Assembly: GCF_009914755.1 (NCBI RefSeq)
Contig: NC_060939.1
DNA length: 64,000 bases
Origin: the human T2T-CHM13v2.0 reference genome, Homo sapiens
Reading direction: 5' to 3' (one strand)
Shown: positions 15,581 through 26,266 of the stretch, in pieces
Layout: each line of letters begins with the position of its first letter
Position numbering within the stretch: the stretch's first letter is position 1
Program-made: the position numbers and the translations under genes
The notes under the pieces: model-generated
What the model was told of the DNA's origin: nothing
Databases searched by the model: none
What the model saw: the letters and a program-made list of their open reading frames with translations, nothing else

Positions 15581-17084
15581 CTCCAACTATATCATGGCCA
15601 GTTTTGTGGCCATTCATGCCCCAACAATGACAATCAAAGCAAGAAAACAGAGGAGAACAGCCTGGAAATTCTAAACATTTATGTTTATCAGTTTTACAAT
15701 TGATTGTCAGTTTTTATCTTCAACTAGGTAAGGACAAGTGGAAATCATTCCCAGGTCTTGTTTTTGTTCAGTGTCCTTGTGTAGCTTCGTGGCAGTGGGA
15801 TGTCTATAGGTCATCTTGGCAGCACCTCACGTGACTAATGAAATTTTCCTTTCCCTTAATTCTGTTTTGAATTTTCCTTCCTTTCAAACGCAGCCAAATT
15901 TATTAGTTTACTCTGAGAGCAACATTCAGGAGATTAATCCAAGTACCACTGGAAAAGTGATTCATCTTTTTAATGAGCACTGAAAAACACAAACAAAAAA
16001 ACCCCAAAACACTTGCCCAGATTCATTTTTATAACGGATGGGCTCTTTGACAGGCAACTGGAATTCTTTAGCAGAGATTAGCTGTCTGTGGTTTGTGGGC
16101 TCCATTTCCTTTCAAGTGTTTGGTTCAGCTGCAAACAGGTATAACCTGTAGCACTCATTGTTTCTCTCTTTAGTCTTCATTTCTCCATTGTTAAATTTCT
16201 CCATTTTATATCTTCTTCTCTAGACACTGCTGTGAAAATTTGTGTCCTAGATATTTATTTTTTGTTTCATAAATTATAAAAGAATACTTTGCCTATTTTC
16301 CTTTTGAAGTGTAAATAGGCTGCAAGTAGTCTGCTTCTGTTGTAGAGTGATGTTTTCCACTTGCCGTGCTTCCTGGTTACTGACAAAATTAGACAGTTTG
16401 TGCTTGGATGCTGGTGGGAATTTAGATCTGTATTATGATATCTTGAAGCCCTAAGCCATACTGTATAAAAGATTCTATCCCAAACCACTGAAAAATCTAC
16501 ACAGTAATGATGATTAATTATATAAAAAGCTTAAGATTTGCATATAAGAAACATTTCATTAAGAGAAAGAGGAATATGGGGGAAAGGTAGAGAAAAAAAT
16601 ATGAGAGAAGGAGATTGTGTCAATTACTACATGCTATGTTCCTGAGAGGAGACAGAAAAAGTACAATTATAGCTCCCTCACAGAAAGGACTTTACAATTT
16701 TGTTAGGAAAGGAAAAAGAAATCTCGATGCATAACACAATTAGAGAAGTATAATATGCTTCATGCAGTGAGGTTCCAACTTTAACTAAGCCCTATAATTG
16801 TGCTGAAAAGAAAGAGAAGTTTGGTTTGGAATAACATGGGAAGGTTCAGGGAGGAGGTGAGACTTCAGCCAAGACTTACAATTGGCAAGGGGAGAAGAGA
16901 TAGCCTTCCACAAAAGGGTAACAGAAGGGGGCAAAATTCTGAGGCCTAAAAGAAAGGCATCCTTGCCTTGGGGACACCTGTGGCCTACAATCAGCACATG
17001 GGGAGTTCACTACTGTGGGAGAAATAAAGGCCTCCAGCTGGGGTCCAGGGGTGGGGTGAGGGAGGCTTGCGGGGTGCTTATCAC

Positions 17085-17704
17085 TGTAAACCAAAAATAA
17101 AATTTGAAGGTCCGCCCTCAACCGTCTGAATGGACTTCCTCCTGTAGTCCAGGGTCCTCCAAATTTAACCTAAAAGACTGGCTTAGGCCATGATGGGAAG
17201 CTGAGGTCAGACATGCCTCATTATGCCCTTCTTTCTTTTAGAATCCAGGAAAAGCTACACAGCATTTAATATCAACACATATACCTTGAGTCTGATAAGA
17301 AACACAACTTACTTTCTCTGAAGCCTGCTAACTGGAGGCTTCATCTGCATGATAAAATTTCGGTCTCCACAAGTTCTTATGCTAACCTAGACATTCCTTT
17401 AAATCAATTACCAATCAGAAAAAAACTTAAATTTACCTATAACTTGGGAGCCCATCTTGCCCCACACCCGCTCTGCTTTGAGTTGTCCCACCTTTGTGGA
17501 TTAAGCCAATGTTTATCTTAAATGTATTTGATTGATGTCTCATGTCTCCCTAAAATGTATAAAACCAAGCTGTGCACCAACCACCTTAGGCACGTGTTCT
17601 CAGGATCTCCTGAGGGCTGTGTCACGGGCCATGGTCACTCATATTTGGCACAGAATACATCTCTTCAACATTTTACGGAGTCTTTTTTTTTTTTTTTGTC
17701 AGTA
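17085..17704 (+). mobile_element. Solo ERV1 LTR of the MER4 group
   Basis: Starts tgtaaaccaaaaataaaat; contains cctaaaatgtataaaaccaagctgtgc and ttctcaggatctcctgagggctgtgtcacgggccatggtcactcatatttggc; flanks tcac/ccac resemble a 4-bp TSD. Confidence 0.88.
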
Positions 17705-18444
17705 CCACAGACAACCACCTGACTCGAGGACCTTACCTATTTCTCATTCAGCCAATGCTGCAGCACGTTATTAACGTCCTTGAAAGCAAGTCTTATACAG
17801 AGAAAACTTATTTTGATATATTAATGAATCTGATCAGAATGGACCAGATTGGGGGGATAGATAAATGGTTGCAATTGTGCTCCCTGGAATAGCTTTGGAG
17901 TTTACCTAGATCTTCTGTCTCTTTAGGACAGAGCTGCTTGTGTTTATATAGCATCTTACACAGGATTGAGACAACTTCAATTTCCTATATCAAAAAATCG
18001 GGGGAGGGCGGTGGGTTATGGGGGTGTTCAAACCTCCCAAGTGACATCTGCTGTGACTGCATGTCTTCCTACTCTTTCCACTGGGATGCACCTCTGGTAG
18101 CTGAACTATAACGAGAAGGTAAAAGCTGTGTCCAATACCTATTAAGCTGCCTTCTTCTCAACAGCTGGGGAGGTGGCGGGGGTGGGGGGGGGCGGAGGGA
18201 AGTCTTTTCAACAGTTTTACACATTTGGAAATAGGCCTAAAGTGAAGAAGGGGATTTTCAAATTGGTGTGTTGGAAAAGGGGCTGGGCTTTTGAGTTTGA
18301 AATCTGGTGCTGTCACTTACTGGTTTTGTGCCCTGGGAATATTTATTTCAGTTTTCATGCCTCTGTTTTTCTATAGGCAAAGTAGAAAATTCGAAAAGGT
18401 CCTCAACGAGTTTGTACAGCTGCTCCCACTCCCTCATCACCTCT

Positions 18445-18635
18445 TGTGGGCCTTTGGAAATGTATGTTGGAGGAGACATTTTGGATTGTTGCAATGACTT
18501 GGGAGTGCCATAGCACCTAGCAGGCAGAAGCCAGAAACACCAAATGTCTTAACAATGCTTGAGGCGGTGCTACAAATGAAGTCCTTCTCCAAATGCATTG
18601 AGCCCCAAGAAAAATCGCTGATTCTGAGGAACCTT
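18445..18635. mobile_element. MER20-like hAT remnant
   Basis: tttggaaatgt...ggagacattttggattgttgcaatgacttggg. Confidence 0.5.
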
Positions 18636-18674
18636 CCAACTTTAACAATTTCAGGACGTCCCTAAGCTGAGCTA

Positions 18675-18714
18675 GGAGGCACCACGCACAGGCCGGAGGC
18701 ACCACGCACAGGCC
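18675..18714. repeat. Perfect 20-bp tandem duplication (ggaggcaccacgcacaggcc x2)
   Basis: Two identical adjacent copies at 18675-18694 and 18695-18714. Confidence 0.97.
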
Positions 18715-19170
18715 AGAGTCTCCCAAATCCTGTCCCGCACTCTCTCCCACCTTATTAATGGCCAGCTCATCTTTCAAGTTTCGACTTGAACCACTTCTCA
18801 GAGATATCTTCCCAGGTGCCCATCCCAACGTTACTATTATATCATAATTTGATTCTCCCTCCCCCCATCCCCCCGCCAACTCTGTAAACCCCAAGTATAA
18901 CACAGGACGTTGCTATTTGTTGACTGACACATAGTGCTTGGTGAGGTCACGCTGGCGCTGAATACTTTTTGTATAAACCGACGAACAGCTGATGACCGCA
19001 TGAATGCTCACACAAGGGGAAAGGGCGCCAAGCCAAGGAGCCGGCGTCATCCGACGTAACTTCCGCCCTTTAACGCTCCTGCGGACGCCCCCTTCTCCCA
19101 GTCCGTGTTTGTTTCCGGAATTTCAATAAAGCTCGATTCGGCTCGAAGAAGACCCCGTTCTTCCGGGAAA

Positions 19171-19584
19171 ATGGCGACTCCCGCTCGTGCCCCGGAGTCA
19201 CCGCCGTCCGCGGATCCGGCGCTAGTAGCGGGGCCTGCCGAGGAAGCCGAGTGCCCGCCGCCGCGCCAGCCTCAGCCCGCGCAGAATGTGCTCGCTGCCC
19301 CGCGGCTTCGAGCCCCAAGCTCCCGAGGACTTGGCGCAGCGGAGTTTGGTGGAGCTGCGGGAAATGTTGAAGCGCCAGGAGAGACTTTTGCGCAACGAGT
19401 AAGCTGGGGTCCCGCGGAGTCTCCGCCAGGCTCCTTCAGCTCGAGCTCCCTGGGCGCTCCCCTCCCCTCCCGCACTCTGTTCCCTTCCCTGGAAGGTGAC
19501 TTTGACTCAGTCACATTCGCTTCAGTCCTACGGGCGAGTGGACGGAGGGCTTGCTGCGGCAGAGCCGTGCCTCTTCCTGGCCAG
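19171..19584 (+). CDS. POLR2M: Alternative-frame exon-1 ORF ([12 protein letters not shown]...; GRINL1A isoform 4/5-type product), ends [10 protein letters not shown]-stop at 21157-21189 after splicing
   Basis: ATG 19171 in strong Kozak context; 86 aa via the donor after 19398 or 148 aa via a CAG|GCACGT donor after 19584; matches my recollection of curated GRINL1A isoforms. Confidence 0.65.
19286..19398 (+). CDS. POLR2M: POLR2M/Gdown1 coding exon 1 ([38 protein letters not shown])
   Basis: Recognised Gdown1 N-terminus; donor GA|gtaagc; phase 2 joins exon 2 in frame. Confidence 0.96.
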
Positions 19585-21156
19585 GCACGTATGCCTGCGA
19601 GGATAGCTCGGATTGAACGGCTACCTGGCGTTGCAGGGAGTTAGTAGCCCCTGGTCGGTTTTATTTACCCGGGGACTGTGGTGGTTCCATGAGTCTGCTT
19701 TCTAAACCCTTTTGTCGCCCGCACCCCTAACCCATAACAGATTGTCAGCTTCATCTCTGGATTCTAAGCTTACAGGAACCGTAGGAAATGGGAAGAGTGG
19801 GATATGAAGAGGGGTTTATTAGGCCGGGAAAGTTCGACCCTCATTCAGCTGGCTGGTTGAACGGATTTTAGCAAGGGAGCCACGTAATAAAAGTGATTTT
19901 GTTTTTTAGGCAGCTTTGTTCAGCAGCTTGTTGCAAAAGATGGTTTGAAGGAATAAAAAGCAGAAGACAGTAGAAGGATATTTTCAGAGAGACTTCCCAC
20001 GAGACACTTGTAAGAAAGTGAGCTAGGAAGGGATTGGGAGAACTTTTAAGCATGGACTAATTTAAATGCAGTTGACAGAGATGGCTGAAGTTTCCAATCT
20101 ATATGGAAGACCACTAGCAAAAATAGGAAAATTCAGGGAGAGGAATAGATCCAAGGTTGATTTTACTTAGGGTGTGCAGAGTTGAGAGGAGAGCAGGACA
20201 GACATTTGGTTAATCGAAAACCAAACACTTAAAAGCTGGAGAAGTAGTCATGAGGCTCAAGAAAGAGAGAACCCTGGAAAAATACAGAAAACAGGAATTT
20301 CAGCTGTAGAGTGTTGTTAATAGTTGAAATTGTGGGGATGAATGTAGTGTCAAAAAGAACAGAGGACTTAAGGTGTAATTTTTTCTTTCCATTTATTGTA
20401 TAGTTAAAGAAAAGGGAATCAGAAAAGGAACTCTGTCATCCAGCAAAAGGGACAAATAAATAATTGGTTGGGATCAAGACATGTGTTTTGACCTTGTGAG
20501 AATAGGTTTTGAATGTATAGCAGTGAATTAACTTTTTGGTCTCAGGACTCCGTTATACTTTAAGAATTATTGACATCCCAAAGAGCTATTTTATGTGTTG
20601 TATCTAGCGAAATGTATTTACTTATCAGAAATACGTCTGAAGTCTTTAAAACATAAGCATACACAAGCACACATTCTATTCTAGAACAATGATGTCATCA
20701 CATGCCATGTAGCCTCTGGAAAACTCCACTGTACCCATGCGAGAAAATGAGAGGGAAATAATATCTTAGTATTATTATGAAAGTAGTTTTGACCTAATAG
20801 GCCCATCCCCACACTCCACCCCATCCCCAAATTTTGGAGATTGCACTTTAATGACTGCTGGTTCTTGGAATGTCTTATGTGATTATTATATGCTTAAAAT
20901 ACTTTTGCTGAAATTCTAATTTGCTGAGACAAATGAGGCATATATTCCCTATTCTTCCTGCATTCCCTTGTTTTTTGGGCTATTTGGATAATGACCATTT
21001 TAATTGTTTTATTCTTGTTTTGGGGCAGTTAGAAATCAGATATTTGACTTAAAAATCAGCTTTTCTTTCTTTGAAGATAATGCCTTGCCTTTTTAATGTT
21101 ATATCTCAAGTTAAAAAAATGGCTGTAATGTAATAGTATTCTTTTCCATTTGACAG

Positions 21157-21801
21157 AAAATTCATTTGCAAATTGCCCGACAAAGGTAAAAAGATCTTTG
21201 ACTCTTTTGCCAAACTGAAAGCTGCTATTGCAGAATGTGAAGAAGTTAGAAGAAAAAGTGAACTGTTTAACCCTGTTAGTTTAGACTGTAAGCTAAGGCA
21301 AAAAGCAATTGCAGAAGTTGATGTGGGTACAGATAAGGCCCAGAATTCTGACCCGATACTTGATACTTCATCACTAGTTCCTGGATGTTCCTCTGTAGAT
21401 AACATCAAGTCATCTCAAACCTCACAAAACCAGGGACTTGGACGTCCTACTCTTGAAGGTGATGAAGAGACTTCAGAGGTTGAGTACACAGTGAATAAGG
21501 GCCCAGCTTCCAGCAATAGAGACAGGGTACCACCTTCATCTGAAGCTAGTGAGCATCACCCGCGGCATCGTGTTTCAAGTCAAGCGGAAGATACTTCCAG
21601 CAGCTTTGACAACCTGTTTATTGACAGGTTACAGAGGATCACCATTGCGGACCAAGGTGAACAACAGTCAGAAGAAAACGCAAGTACTAAGAACTTGACA
21701 GGCCTTTCCAGTGGGACTGAGAAGAAACCTCATTACATGGAAGTGCTAGAAATGCGAGCCAAAAACCCAGTGCCCCAGCTGCGTAAATTTAAAACCAATG
21801 T
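21157..21801 (+). CDS. POLR2M: POLR2M coding exon 2 ([13 protein letters not shown]...RKFKTNV)
   Basis: Acceptor ttttccatttgacag, donor GT|gtaagt, contains the conserved LPDKG motif, matches ORF 21173-21805. Confidence 0.97.
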
Positions 21802-21869
21802 GTAAGTACCCTCGGAAACAGGCCTGTAACAGGAACGTGATATTTGTTAAACTCAAAAATTTACGAGAA

Positions 21870-21992
21870 ACTGGGTGTGGTGGTGCTTGCCTGTAGTCCC
21901 AGGCTACTCAGGAGGCTGAGGTGGGAAGACAGCTTTGAGTCCAGGAGTTGTAGACCAGCTTGGGCAATATAATAAGACCTTTTCTCTTAAAT
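21870..21992 (+). mobile_element. FLAM/Alu monomer in intron 2
   Basis: ctgggtgtggtggtgcttgcctgtagtcccag...gaccagcttgggcaatat. Confidence 0.85.
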
Positions 21993-23309
21993 AAGTCAGG
22001 AGAATGCTCTAAGTTCCGTGGGCTTTGTATGAGAACTACTTGTAGTTAGGAAATAACATGTTGTGGCAACACTGAGACCAGCCTGGCCGGAGTAGAAGAT
22101 TCATGTTGAAAAATATTTAGTTTTGAAACCAAATAATCGACAAGGTCTTTTAAAGCACATGGGGGAGTGTTAAATTTTAGGATGCTTAGCCAGTATTTCA
22201 TAATAAACACAGAGTTGGAGAGAATTTATTATGACTTCTTTTTTTCAGAACCATTTTTTAGTGTACAGCTTTGATTAGTGTACTATCAAAGTGTACTCTC
22301 TTTGATTAGTCTGTGAACTAAGGGTAAAGCAATTGCAGGAGCTGATGGGCTTTCCAGCAGAAATTATTTGCATGCTCACTGTATGTAAGCAAGCAGCAGG
22401 TGTTGTGGGGACACAATTAAGTCAAGATTCTTAAAACTCCTTTGCCTTTTTTGATGTTAAATCTCAAGTTTAAAAACATGGCTGTAATGTATACATGTGT
22501 AATGTAATACAATACCATGTTCTTCAAGGAGTTTAAGAGCTACATGAGGACCCAAGGTTTACACACTTGGAAAAGAGTTAAGCTACATAATAATAACAGT
22601 TTCAGGGGGAAGGAAGCTGAGAAGAGGTTTGAAAAACTGTGAAAATAGATTCAGGCAGGATAGGCAAAAACTCTGCTTATCAGTTCCTTGCCATAAATTT
22701 GTTTCTGAAATTTCAGGAAAAGTAAAATCTTTTTGAAAATAATTGCTATTTACTTGCAGCAAATGTAACATTCAACTCAGGTAACTGGTACCTTCTTCCT
22801 ATATTGTATTTACAAGTATGTAACATCAAAGTTAAATCACTACTACCTTTCTTTGAAAAACAGAAAACCTCTAGTGAAAAGTATCTAAAACATGCTTCTT
22901 TTTTGTTAGACTTTAATTCTACCCCAGCATTCATTTTAACCTCAAAACATTTTATTTCTGCTGTATAGAAAATCAGGATTATACTACATTAACGTGATCA
23001 AGTACTCTCTTGTGTACAGTGGGGTATCTTTCTTCACTTCCAGGATGACATTTTAGAAAACTAGAACCATCATCTAGTCAATAAATAAAACAAAGAATAC
23101 ATTAATCCCAGTTCTGTATTATGGTCATTTAGCTGGGAGTGGGAGAGAGGTAAGGGAATAGTGAAGAGGGCTACCAAGAATTCAGGAAGTTTAAGAGACA
23201 GGGAGCCTCCTGTATAAGTTAGAGGAGAACAGGAAAGGCAGGGCTTTGAGGAGTCCTTAGGCCATAGACAGGTAGGGATTGAGAGGGTTCCGTGTGAGAG
23301 GTGGCTTGG

Positions 23310-24190
23310 AGGTTGGAAGGTGGGGTCAGGTAGTGTCCTTTGGGTCCTTTCTGCTCTTCCTTCTGCATACTCTTCTGGCTTCATGTATCACCTGGATGCT
23401 GGAGGCTGACCCCTGTGCACCTCTATCCCAGATATTCCCAGAACTTTAGGTTTGCATAGCCAATTAACCATGAAACTTGATCACTTGGGTGTTCCCAGGT
23501 ACCTCAGCTTAATGATGTACAAAGTGGAACTGCAGTTTCTTTCCAAGGTGATTTCCATATTCCCTAATAGTGCCACCACCTTCTCGGTTTTCTTCCCCTA
23601 AGGTATCTTCGATTTTTCTCATCTCCATATCTGCTAGCCATGAAGACCTACTTATTTCTTTGATCTTCATCTCTATAATTGTTCTTCATCTTCTGTCGAA
23701 GTGAAGACTCTCATCTCTCTCGGGCTGTAATTGTGGCCCCTTCTACCTCTAGTCTTAACTACCAGTCTATCTCCACTGCTGCCAGAGTGAAATTTGTAAG
23801 ATGGAAATCCGAACTTGTTACGGAGAACTCTTCATTGCAGTCTGGGCCTAGGCTACTTCCCAGCCCTCTTTCTCGCTGTCTTTTCTGTGTAGCCAGAAAA
23901 GCTGAGTCTGTCTACCTTCTGTACTTTCTCTCACTCCCCTTGCTGGGATGCACTTCTCTCCTTATTTACATGGGTAAGCAGTTATTATTCCAAGACTGTT
24001 CAAAGCTTTTTTGAAACTTTTCTTAGCCTCCCTGTCTCCCACTAGAACTGGCCATTTCCTTATGTTCCAATGTATCTTGTTGAGATATCTATCACAGTAT
24101 CTCTGGTATTGTATTGCACTGAAACTTTACATGTGTATTTCTTTCTACTGGGCAATAAGCCCTTTTGCAAATGTTCTTTGAATAAATGAA
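23310..24190 (+). mobile_element. Degraded L2 fragment in intron 2
   Basis: tctccactgctgccagagtga; ctcccactagaact; ends aaatgttctttgaataaatgaa. Confidence 0.55.
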
Positions 24191-24426
24191 AAAAAAAAAA
24201 AAAACTCCAGATGAAATACAAGGTTTGAATAAGGAAGGAAAAGGCAAAGAGCCTGTATGCACACAAACACACCCCTATTTGTTAGAGCAATGAATACTGG
24301 TAAATTACTTACTGTTACCTTTGGAGGAGAATTAATTGCTAAGGTAAAGGCCATTTGTGTGAATGTTTTAAATGTGTCTACAAATAAAATAATCTGATTG
24401 TATAACACAAGTTTTCCTTTCATCAG

Positions 24427-24631
24427 GTTACCTTTTCGACAAAATGATTCATCTAGTCATTGCCAGAAGAGTGGGTCTCCTATTTCCTCAGAAGAGCGGC
24501 GGCGCAGGGATAAGCAGCATCTTGATGACATCACAGCAGCTCGGCTTCTACCACTTCACCATATGCCCACGCAGCTGCTCTCCATAGAAGAATCCTTGGC
24601 ACTTCAGAAACAGCAGAAACAGAATTATGAG
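24427..24631 (+). CDS. POLR2M: POLR2M coding exon 3 (LPFRQND...QKQQKQNYE)
   Basis: Acceptor ttttcctttcatcag, donor GAG|gtattt, frame continuous with exon 2. Confidence 0.97.
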
Positions 24632-25430
24632 GTATTTAGAGTATTTTTTTTCTTGTCTGTTTGTTGGGTGCTGCTTACATAAGCTAGAATTTACTCCAGG
24701 TTCAAGGAGGAAGGAATGGAATAGAGGGGATTAGGTGCTTCCATGAGCTCAGATCTATGCCACTAGTTTTCAGAGAGTCACAAAGTTGCTAGAACTGCAG
24801 GAAGTAGCTAGAGATGATCACAGCTACCTTCAACATTAAAGTGGTGATTTGCCTGGAGATGTGGGGAGACTTGTAGAATTTCATGTCTTAAAGCTCATTT
24901 ACCTGCCTGTTCCTGTTAGGATAGTAGTAGCATCGCATCTCTCCCTTTCACCTTGTAAAACTCATGTGACAGCTTCTCAGTGGCGGACTCAAACCCAGAC
25001 CCCTTGTTAGAGAATGAGGAGAATGTAGTTCCCAGGCTTCCATCTTCTGCAGTACAGGGGAGGGCATAGAAGGAGTGGGAGGATAATGTTGTGTAGCCAG
25101 CAGACAGTGAGACACTGCTTTAGAGCATAATCTGCAGGCCCATGTGAAGAGAGAAATATCTCCTGCTTTTGGCAGCTTAATCAATTTTGCATAGCACTTT
25201 GTTTCCATGTGTTTTGCATTGAACTTCAAACATGTATGTTGAGAGTTTGTATACAGAATAATGGGATGGGAGAAAATAAGTGTGAAGGACCATAGGGGAA
25301 CAGAAAAGTTTAGAAGTATTTAGTAATAATTTTAGCCTCCAGGAGAACAGTATCCTGTCTCACTTCCTAGGTATTGATTAGCTAGATTTTAGTCAGGTAC
25401 TAGTGCACCAACTAGTATAACACCAGACTG

Positions 25431-25660
25431 TTCAGGAGTTCGAGACCAGCGTGGGCAACATAGCTAGACTCCATCTTTACCAAAAAATTAGCCGGGCATT
25501 GGGGCATGCAACTGTGGTTCCAGCTACCTGTGGGGCTGAGGTAGGAGGATTGCTTGAGCTCAGGAGGTCGAGGCTGCAGTGAGCCGCAGTCACACCACTG
25601 CACTCTGTATAGCCTGGGTGACAGAGTGAGACCCTGTCTCAAAAAAAAAAAAAACAACAA
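25431..25660 (+). mobile_element. 5'-truncated AluJ in intron 3
   Basis: caggagttcgagaccagc through to the A-tail. Confidence 0.9.
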
Positions 25661-26266
25661 AACAGGCTGTTAATCTGCTTTGGCTTTTCATAAAAGCCTT
25701 GGCATGGATTGGCATTATCAAGGTGCTCTTTTTGAAAAAAACCATTTTTCTTTCAGTGCATTAAAATGACTGTCTAGTTATGGCTGTAGCATTGAGGAAG
25801 TGTTTACTGTCTCTGAGCTCTTAAATGCCTGTCCTAAGATATTTTTAGGTTGAATTAAACCCTTCATCTTTAAATTGTTTTTTTTTAGCAGAGAAGTTGT
25901 AGTGGTAATAGCTCCCACTTTTACTGACCCATATTCATGGCTTGAAGAGGAGGACATCAAGAAGTTCAAGAAAGCATGAGAAAAGGGAAGAACTGAATTA
26001 GGAATGACATTGCCACCTACCATCAGTTGGTGGTAAAGTCCTTGGGAGTTTTTAAGTACATTGCCAGTGTCTGAAATTTACTTGGACTTTTTATTGGATA
26101 CTAGTTGCTGTAGGACTTTATTTGGAGAGGAATAGTCAGCTTTTTAGTATTAATTTCTTGATTTTCATTTTGCCATTGAAATGTAATTCCCAAGTCTGGA
26201 AGTCATGATTGTAATTAGGGAAGAAGGTCCTGTCAGTTGTAGAAATCTAGACAGCATTAGTCCTTC

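Larger units (their letters stand above)
18930..19720 (+). promoter_or_regulatory. POLR2M: CpG-island promoter of POLR2M with ETS (ACTTCCG 19059-19065), CRE half sites (19045-19058), GAS-like TTCCGGGAA (19161-19169) and YY1 (AAAATGGCG 19168-19176) motifs
   Basis: Only CpG-dense non-Alu stretch in the window, spans exon 1, motifs read directly. Confidence 0.9.

Noticed and set aside
19070-19514. Antisense ORFs over exon 1
   Set aside because: Expected from stop-codon scarcity in a CpG island; non-ATG starts.
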